This document shows, piece after piece, positions 24,771 to 37,588 of a DNA stretch of 64,000 nucleotides; the stretch's first letter is position 1, and every line of letters begins with the position of its first letter. The position numbers and the translations under genes were made by a program. The DNA comes from Kudoa neothunni (lineage: Eukaryota; Animalia; Cnidaria): positions 51,595 to 115,594 of the forward strand of contig OZ199840.1 of the NCBI GenBank assembly GCA_964304625.1. The letters run 5' to 3'. The notes under the pieces were generated by a model that saw nothing but the letters and a program-made list of their open reading frames with translations, was not told the origin of the DNA and made no database searches.

Positions 24771-27700
24771 TTAATGTTTCTTCTTGAAAACCACGAAACC
24801 AATAGCACCCATAATCAAAGCTCCAATAGCCGCTACAACGATTACTCTAAAATGATGTCAGTTAAATTGTAGGAAAATAATAAAGTAATACATGACCATG
24901 GTTTTAGAACTAAATAAAAAATTTATTTATTTATTTATTTTAAAAATATTAATTAATAAACCTTGAACTACTTTTGGCTCCTAAAAGTTACAATTTAAAT
25001 TATTTTCGAAGTAATAATGCTTTACCTTGCTCAATCGTAGCCGTCCCATAAACTGTTTTATCGGTGGAACTATACACAGTCAAATGATAATTGTTTCCAT
25101 CTGCTAATCCACTGATAGTGAATGATTTGCATGGGGGGAACCTTTTACATCCTTTGTCTCTTGGACTCATGCATTTTTTAATAATTGCTATCGATTTGGT
25201 ACTCGCGTTACGTAATTCCCATTTACATTTGGATTTATCATTAAGACTCGACGGAAGCGTGTTTTCTATAACAAATGATTCACCATCCCTTGTTATTGTT
25301 ACATATATTATTTTGTCGTTTTCTGTGGGATTCCCCTTTGGAGCAGCTATTTATTTTAAATATAATAATAATATTGAAAATATTTTTACTAGCTACTAAA
25401 GTAATTTCATTTCGCTCTGATTTTCCCACTGCAGTAATAGACACTTTATACTCTTCATTTGCATCATAGTCGTTGAATTTAATAGAACTGCACAATGGAA
25501 ATGAGGAGCATGTGTTTGTATTGGTCGGGCTCACAGTTGTATCGACTGTCGTAGTTGGAGTGACATCTGTATCAGTTTCAGTTTCAGTAGGGGTATTAGA
25601 TTCAGCTCTTGCAATTTTTAATTCATTAATTTCTGATTTTAGACTTTGAATTTGACTAGTACCAGTTTGTTCTTGGTCGGTATTAGAACTGGATTCGGCT
25701 GGTGAGCTTGGTGGAGTATTTTGAGTTTCTGGTGCAGCTGCCGGTGTCTGTGATGCTTCGCAGACGTAAACATCTTCAAACCTTTCATCTATTTTTATTT
25801 GGATTGTATAATGGCAAATGGCTTCTGGGACTTTTTTGGACAATTGTGCATTTAATTCCAATCCTTGCTCAGTGTATTTTTGAGTTATTCTCAAGGTCGC
25901 CAGATCTAGATTGAGTTGAATAAGTTAATATTTTGATATACATATATACTAGTTGTAACATTTTCATATATGTGTTCCTTGTAATCCTTATCAGCAATGA
26001 CCTTAACGTCGTAAGAAGTATTTGGTTCAAGATCAACAATAGTTATTGATTCTCTACATCTTCCTCTACAGGGGTTAGTTTCAGTACATTTAGCGGTGTA
26101 AAATATATTTTTTCCAGTTGGACTTATGTAATACTCACAGTTTGGCTCATTTTTCGGATCGCTTTCGTTGTTACCTCCAATGGCTGTTAGTATAGTTGTT
26201 GATTCTGTTTTAGTAGGGGCGGTTGCTTGAAAATTTTTATTCACCTCATTATCTTGTAAATATTATTAGTTAAGTTAATATTAAATTTTTTGTTATTACT
26301 TGTTCTTATAAGTATTTTTTCTTTGAAGGAAGCTGGATCTGGTATGTCAGATTCAATTTCAATTATATATGGTTTCCCTGGTGATAGTTGTTCAATTACT
26401 AATTTTTCGCAACCAGTTTTGCATTCGGCGCTGCTGCCACTATCAGCCTTTTTAGTGGCCGCGTCACACGTAGTGGTTGATGCAGTGTGTTTAATTTTGT
26501 CAGCAGGATAATGTTTGAGTGTACAAGTAGAAAATTTGGTCCCAGAACCTTGTTTTAACAGTGTTCCGTCAAAAGATACACCTTGCTTGGTATAATCTGA
26601 CAATAATACGTTTTCAGTCTCGGATATTGCTAAATAATTTATAAATTAACACCGAATTAAATAAATTACGAAATTTATTTTGAGAAAACCCATCTAATTC
26701 ACTAATAGAAATTTTTGAAAGATCGTGATTTCTGGTTTGAATTAGAACATTATATATTTCTTTTTCTGCAGTTAGAGTAAGCTCAACGTCTTTGCATGGT
26801 GCGTAACACTTTCCTGCAGTATTTCCACACTTTGATTCAAAGGCATCACCCGATGCTGCACTTTTAGCGTCCTTAATGCCAAAAACACAGATCTCAGACG
26901 ATAACGTTAAATCTGTAAATTTAAGAACAACTTGATTAGGAGCTCCTGTCTTTTTAGTCACATAATACTGAGGCTCGTAAATGGCCATATTATTCTTCAT
27001 ATATGCATTTGGCATATTATAGAAGAAGCTTGGATAATTCAGACACCTTATTTCATAATGAGGAATCAATAAGTCAAATTCAACATCATTAATTGTGTTG
27101 TCCGCGTCACATGTTGCTCCTGCGTTACCCCCCTTGAATTGTGCATCTTTATAGTGAATAGGGCACGCAACCGGAGGGCAAGTTTTAGTTAAGAGTTTTA
27201 GTTTTTTGCTGTCATCAACAGATATTTTTGCTTGGGGATTTACCAACAACGCTAAATTTAATAATGATTTATCGAATAAAAATTATTTAAACTACGTATG
27301 GCCAAACCAAATACTTTTCCACCATTTGGATATGTCTCTGCTTTAGCAGTGGCCTCATCACCATTATCAAATACATACATGTATTTTGTTCTTGGGGAAA
27401 TCTTATCGTATGGAACTTTGCTATCTTGTTTATTGCAAGCAATTACGCAATAATTGTTATTATTAGTGGTAATATATCCAGGGCAGCTCGTTATTTCTTC
27501 ATATACAGCTGCCCTTGTTTGGCTACCATCGTTTGCGGATGCGTTGGATATCAGTATACGACACTTTTTTCCATCGCCATAACTTGATCCGTCAAGTATA
27601 TGTTTCACTTTATTAGATTTGCTCTCATCATCGTACTCAATTTGGTATTTGAGTGTAGCTGTGGGAGTAGATGTAGCTGTAGATTTAGGCACTGTTGCAT

Positions 27701-27806
27701 TTTTAATCATACAAAAGAATGCGATTTGCATGACTAATAAAAATTCATGATTGATAATAAAAAAATAGATACATAAGAGGCAAAGCAAAAATTTATCTTT
27801 AACCAT
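24771..27806 (-). CDS. Cys-rich FN3-like repeat membrane protein, array copy 2 (B-type 3' flank), apparently intact
   Basis: Same exon-intron layout as copy 1. Exon ORFs are open (27258-27806, 26614-27249, 26241-26603, 25906-26244, 25280-25894). Starts MVKDKFLLCLLFMQIAFFCMIKNA and ends FKKKH-TAA. Confidence 0.86.
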
Positions 27807-30243
27807 TATAAAAGGTAAAGAAAAACAACAAATTGAACTGAATAAATGAATACTATAATAAGCCGATACATGTATCGAATAAAAAGCCTATTGAAACGAC
27901 TATATACTTAAAGTCTTAATTCTTATTTACTATTAAATTAATAATTATGAATTTAATATAGTTATTAAAATGCTCAAAATTTCAACTTGAAACAATTATT
28001 TTATTATATAGCTCAAACAAATTCGATAGTACTTATTATATCTCGTTCACTTCGCCATAATAAAGGCAAGGAAAAAATTAATCGATTGGACCAACCATTA
28101 GTGGATTCACAAACGAGTTAAATAATGTTAAACTTCATGAACGATATTTACATTGACGTCATGTAAGGTCATCCTAGGTATAAATAATATGAATAATTGG
28201 TAAAAATATTTATTCGTATTCATTACGAATAAATCAATCATCTAGATAGATACAAATGTTAGACGAGTTGTGTTACGTTTGTGTGTCAATATTGAGATCA
28301 TTATAAATTTTGAAATTTTTTACTGTAAACATTATTTTCATTAAATATATTTGTAACAACCTATAATTTTAAGTAATTATAGATCAATATGTTGCAACCT
28401 TAATTTCTAACCAACATACATACAAGATAAAGTAATTAAGTCATATTTTTCCTTACTAGAATTATCTATAGTCCCCACTTTGGTTTTTGGGGATCACTTT
28501 TATAATATTTTGGTTAATTATATGCGTAAGTATTTAAAAAAAATTATATAGCCATAAATGGAAGAAATCCTATTTTTATAGAAATATCAAAGTATTGTCG
28601 TATGGTTGGAAAATAAAAATGAAGTTGTTTATCGGATCCTATTTAATCTTGCGATTTCCGACGTTATTATATGCACATGTAATAACTTCCATGATATTCT
28701 ATCATAATTTTTCCTTTTATATTAATTCCATTTTTATAAATATAAATTGAATTTTACTTTAATTGAGATGGTTAACATTATTTCACAATCCGTTCATACA
28801 TTGACCTAAATATTATGGTCTAATTTATTTGTCACATCACATTCCAAGTATTGTTCCAATTATACTTTAAAGCTATTTAAAGTGTTACTATATCGAGCTC
28901 TTTTATATTCGAAAAATAATTATATTTTTTGAATATCCCATGAAAAGATCAATAAACTGGATGATCAAAATAATTTTAATCCAGTTAAGTATTAAAACAT
29001 AATTTTCAAATTTATGCGTACAAAATAGCGTTTTCATTTCAAATTAAAATTGTTATTATCTAAAATATTGACCAGAAAAACGAAATACATTCCATATGTC
29101 AAATATTTCATTCATTAATTATATTACTCGAAATCATATCGCCCATTGTATTTCCAATCTAAAGAAGTATTAGGTGTAGACAACAATTAAAAAACAGTTC
29201 CTATGTAAAGCTAAAATGATTTATGATATTTCTTATTAGATTACTGCGACTCCAACATTATTTCGAGATAATTATTACAATGTAATTTGTATCCAAGCGA
29301 TACTACAGAACGTTAGCTTGAAATAATGACAAAATATTGTTTTTTAGTATTGAAAATCAAAATCAAAATCCTCTTGAATATGTAATAAGTCATAAATATA
29401 TATTAAACATGCATTTATCAATTAAAAACTGTTTCATCAATGATCATTGTAAACTTATGAACCGTAAACAATCGCATATTATAGGTCGCATCCAAATTTT
29501 TGGCGTGTAAATTGGGGGTATTCACTAGACCTACAGATCGGTCGCTCTGAAATTTTAGATGTTGAGCGCCATCCATAAAAATAAATGTTCTGTTGTATTT
29601 AGCTTCATTGAAAAAATCTTCTTGTAAATATTGGAATGCTTTTAAGATAACTACGAATTATAAGACTATAAAACGTAATTAAAATAAAAGATTTTATTCC
29701 TTTATAATATGATCAGTTGTTATTAAATGTCAGCAGAACTAGACCCTGAGAATTCATCATTATTATTATTATCACTTTTAGGATTCAGCAACAGTTGGTC
29801 GTTTGATATTACATTGCCATTAGTGACCATATCACAATACATTCAAACCCGGATTATCCAGAAAATTTGAGGCCGGCGAGGTTCCAGATAACCGAACATA
29901 AACAATTTCGTTCTCGCGCGCATTTTTTAAATTTCTACTTAAAGGATTCTTTACTTGATTAATAATCAATTTTTTATTATTTACTAAGTAAAATACTTTA
30001 ATTTTTTCTACTCTAATGTAAAATGTTGACATATCTATTTATGAAGAATATGGAGACTTAAAGGAAAAATAGTACATAACAATGGCAGTTTTTACACGTC
30101 TACAGAGGAGTAACTTACTTTTTTAAATAATAGATATTTAATTTTTGTTTATTATATCTAATGGCATGTGCTTAGATATAGCAAAAATTAATATAAGAAT
30201 TTGATGCATAATTTAGGGTTTAAAAGATAAATTTATTACTAAA

Positions 30244-31453
30244 CTAGCTGGAACTGCCCAGCGTTGCTTGGGGAAGATTTCACCTAGAGGCATTTTTTAA
30301 TAGCATTCAAAAAATATATTGAAATCTCGAATTAACCCATAGAAACAAAATAACTAAAAATTTTTATGCAACTTACTATAACGATTTGGATTTTTCAATT
30401 TAAATTATGATAATTTCTGTGAAGGAAAGTATCAATCCCTGTGTCCATTTAAAAATTCCGTGACTCGGCCCCAACGCTAAACAAGTTAAGGTTAGCGTTG
30501 TATTTTTTTCATTCCTAATTATTTAAATCCCGTTAAAGTGTTATCTAAAACGTTATTTTTTGGCCTGGAGGATTTTTAAAAGTCGAATTCTGATCCGGCT
30601 CGGTAACTGTGTGCACCACTAACTTTTTAAGAGATAAAAAAATAGAAAAATTAAAAGAGATAGAAGAAAACTTATGATAATTGGCCGATATTGCTAAAAT
30701 TAGCATCGTTTAGCTCGGCATAAACCTACATGCGCTTTAATCATAAACAACCACAAATCGCTTCGACTTCAACATAAACAATTTAAATAATTTGGTGAAA
30801 TAAAAGTACAACCATCCGCATTGAATTTAATCTCGTAAACTAAAACTTAGCGGACGATCTAATGAAACCTGTGAACGCAGTATTTCTATATAACGCTTCA
30901 ATCAATGTAACTTTAACGTTCTCCACGAATTCGTTATTTATGAAACATATATAGATTTTTTACCACATTGAAAACCATTAATAGAACTTATAAAATATAC
31001 TTATCAAGTCATATACGTTAAAACTCCGAAAATAAGGAGTGTGTTTAAACAGACACCCAAATAGAAACGCCAACCATATATATATATATATATATATATA
31101 TAAAGATAGATAGATAGATAGATAGAAGCAATTAATGAACATATGATGGAGCATATAAAGGAGATCGTTAACTTCAACCGACCATAACCATGAAATAAGC
31201 AATTGCTAATTCTATAGTTGAACTCATTTAATCCGAAAAAACAAACTTTAAATCGACAAAATCACTATTTTATAAATACTTTTTGGAAACTTTCGTAGCC
31301 TGAAAACAATTAAACGATTTTTTTAAATATCGCAAATTTATAAAAATTTTATATATGGCTCTCTATAAGGAAAAAATTATCTGCACATGCGTACTTGGGG
31401 GCATGCACACACGAACAAACATACAGACAGTCCGATTTTATATATATAAAAGA
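30244..31453 (-). mobile_element. Non-autonomous Helitron
   Basis: On the - strand the 5' end is TCTTTTATATATATAAAATCGGACTGTCTGTATGTTTG. The 3' end is a hairpin CCCAAGC-AAC-GCTGGG followed by about 9 nt and CTAG before T. Internal (TA)n(GATA)n at 31076-31125. Confidence 0.75.
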
Positions 31454-31700
31454 ATTTCTTAGATTGATTGTAATTTTTAGGACGAATTTTAGGATTTTGA
31501 TATTTTATACCTTAGTGGTATTATAACCATGTGGGGAAGAGAAATATTAATAAAAGACTAAAAATTTAATTATACTATATTATTAAAAAACAATAATAGT
31601 TATTTTAAAATAAAAAGGTTTTGAAAATATAACACTATTAGCTGTATAATCTAAATTTCTATGGTTAGATTTTAGGGTAATAATTCGTAAATATGAGCGT

Positions 31701-34700
31701 TTATTTTTTCTTCCTGAAAACCACGAAACCAATAGCACCCATGATCATAGCTCCAATAGCGGCTACTGCAATGATTCTAAAACAATATCAGTTAAATTAT
31801 AAAAACACAATAAATTAATACATGACCATGGTTTTAGAACTAAATGTAAAATTTATTTATGTTAAAAATATTAATTAATAAACCTTGAACTGCTTTTTGC
31901 TCCTAAAAGTTACAATTTAAATTATTTTCGAAGTAACAATGTTTTACCTTGCTCAATAGTAGCGGTCCCATAAACTGTTTTATCGGTGGAACTGTACACA
32001 GTCAAATGATAATTGTTGCCATCTGCTAATCCACTGATAGTGAATGATTTGCATGGGGGGAATCTTTTACATCCTTTATCCCTTGGACTCATGCATTTTT
32101 TAATAATTGCTATCGATTTGGTACTCGCGTTACGTAATTCCCATTTACATTTGGATTTTTCATTAAGACTAGATGGTAGGGTGTTTTCTATAACAAATGA
32201 ATCACCATCCCTTGTTATTGTTACATATATTATTTTGTCGTTTTCTGTGGGATTCCCCTTTGGAGCAGCTATTTATTTTAAATATAATAATAATATTGAA
32301 AATATTTTTACTAGCTACTAAAGTAATTTCATTTCGCTCTGATTTTCCCACTGCAGTAATAGACACTTTATACTCTTCATTTGCATCATAGTCGTTGAAT
32401 TTAATAGAACTGCACAATGGAAACGAAGAGCATGTGTTTGAATTGACCGGGCTCGCAGTTGTATCGACTGTCGTAGTTGGAGTGACATCTGTATCAGTTT
32501 CAATTTGGGTATTAGATTCAGATCTTGCAATTTTTAATCCATTAACTTCTGATTTTAGACTTTGAATTTGACTATTATCAGTTTGTCCTTGGTCGGTATT
32601 AGGACTGGATTCGGCTGGTGAGCTTGGTGGAGTATTTTGAGTTTCTGGTGCAGCTGCCGGTGCCTGTGATGCTTCGCAGACGTAAACATCTTCAAACCCG
32701 TCATCTTTTTTTATTTGGATAGTATAATGGCAAATGGCTTCTGGGACTTTTTTGGACAATTGTGCATTCAATTCCAATCCTTGCTCAGTGTATTTTTGAG
32801 TTATTCTCAAGGTCGCCAGATCTAGATTGAGTTGAATAAGTTAATATTTTGATATACATATATACTAGTTGTAACATTTTCATATATGTGTTCCTTGTAA
32901 TCCTTATCAGCAATGACCTTAACGTCGTAAGAAGTATTTGGTTCAAGATCAACAATAGTTATTGATTCTCTACATCTTCCTCTACAGGGGTTAGTTTCAG
33001 TACATTTAGCGGTGTAAAATGTATTTTTCCCAGTTGGACTTATGTAATACTCACAGTTTGGCTCATCTTTCTTATCAGTTCTTGCCGTATCTCCAATAGC
33101 TGTTAGTGTAGTTGTTGATTCTGTCTTAGTGGGCGCAGTTGCTTGGAAATTTTTATCATCCGTTTTATCTTTTAATGATTATTAGTTTTGTTGACTTTTA
33201 ATTTCGAATTATTACTTGTCCATATCAATATTTTTTCGTTTAACGAAGTTGGATTGCTGCCACCAGTTAATGCGATTTCAAGAATATAAGGTTTTCCTGC
33301 GGTTAACCCTTCAATTATTAATTTTTCGCAATCAGTTTTGCAATCATTAGTACTACCACCACTATTTTTAGTGGTCGCGTCACACATAGTGGTTGATGCA
33401 GTGTGTTTAATTTTGTCAGCAGAGTAGTGCTTGAGCGTACAAGTAGAAAATGTGGTCCCAGGCCCTTGTTTTAAAAATGTTCCGTCAAAAGATACACCTT
33501 GCTTGGTATACGCAGATAATAAACCAACTCCAGTCTCAGTTATTGCTACAATTTTTGTAAAAGTTAATACTGACTAAAATAAAATACGAAATTTTTGTTG
33601 GAAAAATCCATTTGAATCGACTTGGTGGGTTTTGAAAGATCGTGATGTCTGGTTTGGATTAAGACGCTGTAAACATCTTTTGTTGCAGTCAGAGTAAGCT
33701 CAACATCTTTGCATGGTGCGTAACATTTTCCATCCTGATTTCCACAGTTTGATTCGAATTGTTTGCTATTTCCTGCAGATGTACCATCTTTAATACCAAA
33801 AACACAGATCTCAGATGATAAACGTTAAATCTGTGAATTTAAGACCAACTTGATTAGGAGCTTCTGTCTTTTTAGTCACATAATACTGAGGCTCGTAAAT
33901 GGCCATATTATTCTTCATATATGCATTTGGCATATTATAGAGAGAAGCTTGGATAATTCAGGACACCTATTTCATAATGAGGAATCAATAAGTCAAATTC
34001 AACATCATTAATTGTGTTGTCCGCGTCACATGTTCCTACAGCGGTACCCGCGTTGAATTGTGCGTCTTTATAGTGAATAGGGCACGCAACTGGAGGACAA
34101 GTTTTAGTTAAGAGTTTTAGTTTTTTGCTCTCATCAACAGATATTTTTGTTTGGGATTTACCAGTAACGCTAAGTTGAATAAAATAAGCTATCAATTCAA
34201 ATTTATCTAGATTACGTATGGTCAAACCAAATACTTTTCCACCTTTGGGATAAGTCGCAGCTTTGGCAGCACTCGTATCAGTACTATCGAATACATATAT
34301 GGTATTTTGTTCTTGGAGAAAGTTTATCGTATGGAACTTTGCTATCTTGTTTATTGCAATCTATCACGTATTTGGTGTTACTCTCAGTATTATCGTGCCC
34401 TGGACAGTTTTCGATTTCTTCTAAGCCAGCTGCTGACGTCGAACCGAAACTGTTTGCTGCTGCATTGGATATCAATATACGACACTTTTTTCTCATCGCC
34501 ATAACTTGATCCGTCAAGTATATGTTTTACTTTATTTGAATTATTAGCATCACCGTATTCAATTTGGTATTTGAGTGTTGCTGTGGGAGTAGATGTAGCT
34601 GTAGATTTAGGCACTGTTGCATTTTTAATCATACAAAAGAATGCGATTTGCATGACTAATAAAAATTCATGATTGATAATAAAAAAATAGATACATAAGA

Positions 34701-34728
34701 GGCAAAGCAAAAATTTATCTTTAACCAT
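31701..34728 (-). pseudogene. Array copy 3 (A-type flank); frameshifted as assembled (pseudogene or consensus errors)
   Basis: Full-length paralogue with 1-nt insertions relative to copies 1/2 near 34492, 34301, 33941 and 33821. Ends FRKKK-TAA. Confidence 0.7.
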
Positions 34729-35510
34729 TATAAAAGGTAAAGAAAAACAACAAATTGAACTGAATAAATGAATACTATAATAAGCCGATACATGTATCGA
34801 ATAAAAAGCCTATTGAAACGACTATATACTTAAAGTCTTAATTCTTATTTACTATTAAATTAATAATTATCGAATTTATTATAGTTATTAAAATGCTAAA
34901 AATTTCAAATTGAAACAATTATTTTATTATATAGCTCAAATAAATTCGATAATACTTATTATATCTCGTTCACTCCGCCATAATAAATCCAAGGAAAAAA
35001 TTAATCGATTGGACCAACTCTTACTGGATTAAAAAATGAGTTAAATAATGTTAAACTTCATGAACTATATTTACATTGACGTCATGTAAGGTCATCCTAG
35101 GTATAAATAATATGAATAATTGGTAAAAATATTTATTCGTATTCATTACGAATAAATCAATCATCTAGATAGATACAAATGTTAGACGAGTTGTGTTACG
35201 TTTGTGTGTCAATATTGAGATCATTATAAATTTTGAAATTTTTTACTGTAAACATTATTTTCATTAAATATATTTGTAAAAACCTATAATTTTAAGTAAT
35301 TATAGATCAATATGTTGCAATCTTAATTTCTAACCAACATACATACAAGATAAAGTAATTAAGTCATATTTTTCCTTACCAGAATTATCTATAGTCCCCC
35401 ACTTGGTTTTTGGGGATCTCTTTTATAATATTTTGGTTAATTATATCCATAAGCATTTTGAAAAAAAATTATATAGCCAGAAATGGAAGAAATCCAATTT
35501 TTATAGAAAT

Positions 35511-37063
35511 CGAATGGAGAAAGATTCCACGCGCGTGCGCGAATGCAAAAAATACGTCAACCGTAATTTTATTTTAATTTCCAATCATACGTTTTAGATA
35601 TAGCTTCTACATAAAATGTACCATAATAGGAACTATAATTCGAGCTTATCTCCTTCAATTTTTCAATTTTTATTTCCGTCTTTTTGTTCTGATTTGTTGT
35701 ATTTGGATTACATAGCTGATTCATAATTTCCTGTTCAATCGAACTTTGTTGCTCTTTTAGATTTGTGATGAATGTGACTAATCCTGAATGTGATTGTTCA
35801 AAGCGGGAATAAAAGTGGCGATTGAATATTTCTGCGTTGTTAGATGTTAGCTTTACATTGTTCAGCACTCTTTGGTACGCATTCCATGATTCAATGGGAT
35901 ACTTTTTGCTTCTAATAAAGTTTTTTTCAAAGTATATTAAGAATAATTGAAGATTAGGAATCTGAAATTTTTCAGCAGAAATACACAATTTTTTTAATTC
36001 AGCTTCAACAAAATCTTTAGGAACAAATGCGGGTGACATAACGCAATTAATGAAAACTTTAAAATCTAGGTCATTTTGGTATTCCTCGGAAAGTCCAAGT
36101 GATTAAATGTTTCGGTAATTACATTGTCCGAAATGAAACAAACAAAATTGTACATCATGTTTTGATGCTTTTTCAAAAGCATTATATGCTGCTACTTCAA
36201 AGTCAATAATTATTGATTTCGGTAACTCCATATTACCCTTTTCCTTGATTATTTCAATAATCTTCGTGTAATTTTTCTCAGACTTGTCCGACATTAAAAC
36301 AAAAGCTAGTGGAAAAACCCTGTTGAATACATTACCGTGAATAGCATATAACTGAAAAAAATCCTTCGGCGCAACGTTAAAGTTCCATCCGCAATCAAAA
36401 AATCTGAATTTTTCAGATGTAAAAGGTTTTTCTCTTTAGAAAACATGATTATTCTGTTTTCGTCATCAGAACCTGAATTGAACAAACAAAAGGATTCATC
36501 TCTCAGAGTCTTAATTTCATTACAAACACTTGTCGCTGAATCAATTTGAATATTGTTTCTTTTATTAAAATTTCTTATGTTTTTGTATACAAAAGATTTA
36601 GGAATAATCGGAAATTCATTAATGTTTTCTTCGCTGGTTGCAATACTATACACTTTGTTTGTAGGATGTAAAGTAGTTTCTGCTAAGAGTTTTATTTTAT
36701 TGTGGAATATTTTTTTATTTTTGTCCTCCTCCGATACGGAGCGTGATTGTGAAATCCAATTTTTTCAATGTTTTCCGTATCATCAAGAGTTGTTATTCTT
36801 AATCTTCCTCTACACTGTCTAACTTGACACCTCCAATATTGAATTTCATTTTTTTGCGAATCTTGACGTAAAAACTAATCTTCATAAAGCATCGTGTCGG
36901 TATTTTTGTTAGTCTTAAGTATAATAATATCTTTATTTGGATTTCCACTCACCCTGGGTCCTTTAGCCACTCTTGTGCAGTTAATATGCGTTAAAAATGG
37001 GGTTTTATCCATGTTTGCACGTGCGCGAGCAATCTTTCTCCACCGGCAAAATTTCTCCATACC
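35511..37063 (-). mobile_element. MULE transposon with FLYWCH-like N-terminus and disrupted DDE transposase
   Basis: Fragments YWRCQVRQCRGRL...HNH, IADGT, FPLAFVLMSDKSEKNYTKI, IIIDFEVAAYNAF, CLFHFGQC and TSNNAEIFNRHF. Inverted termini TGGAGAAAGATT..CGCGC at about 35514 and 37024-37042. Confidence 0.88.
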
Positions 37064-37588
37064 ATTTTGATGAATTATATAGCCATAAATTGAAGAAATC
37101 CTATTTTTATAGAAATATCAAAGTATTGTCGTATGGTTGGAAAATAAAAATGAAGTTGTTTATCGGATCCTATTTAATCTTGCGATTTCCGACGTTATTA
37201 TATGCACATGTAATAACTTCCATGATATTCTATCATAATTTTTCCTTTCATATTAATTCCATTTTTATAAATATAAATTGAATTTTACTTTAATTGAGAT
37301 GGTTAACATTATTTCACAATCCGTTTATACACTTACCTAAATAGCTTGGTCTAATTTATTTGTCACATCACATTCCATGTATTGTACTAATTAATATTAT
37401 AAAGTTTTTTTTAAATATTACTATATCGAGCTCTTTTATATTCGAAAAATAATTATTTATTTTTTAAGAAATCCATGAAAAGATCAATAAACTGGATACT
37501 CCAAATAATTTTAATCCAGTTAAGTATTAAAACATAATTTCCAAATTTATGCGTACAAAATAACGTTTTCATTTTAAATTAAAATTGT

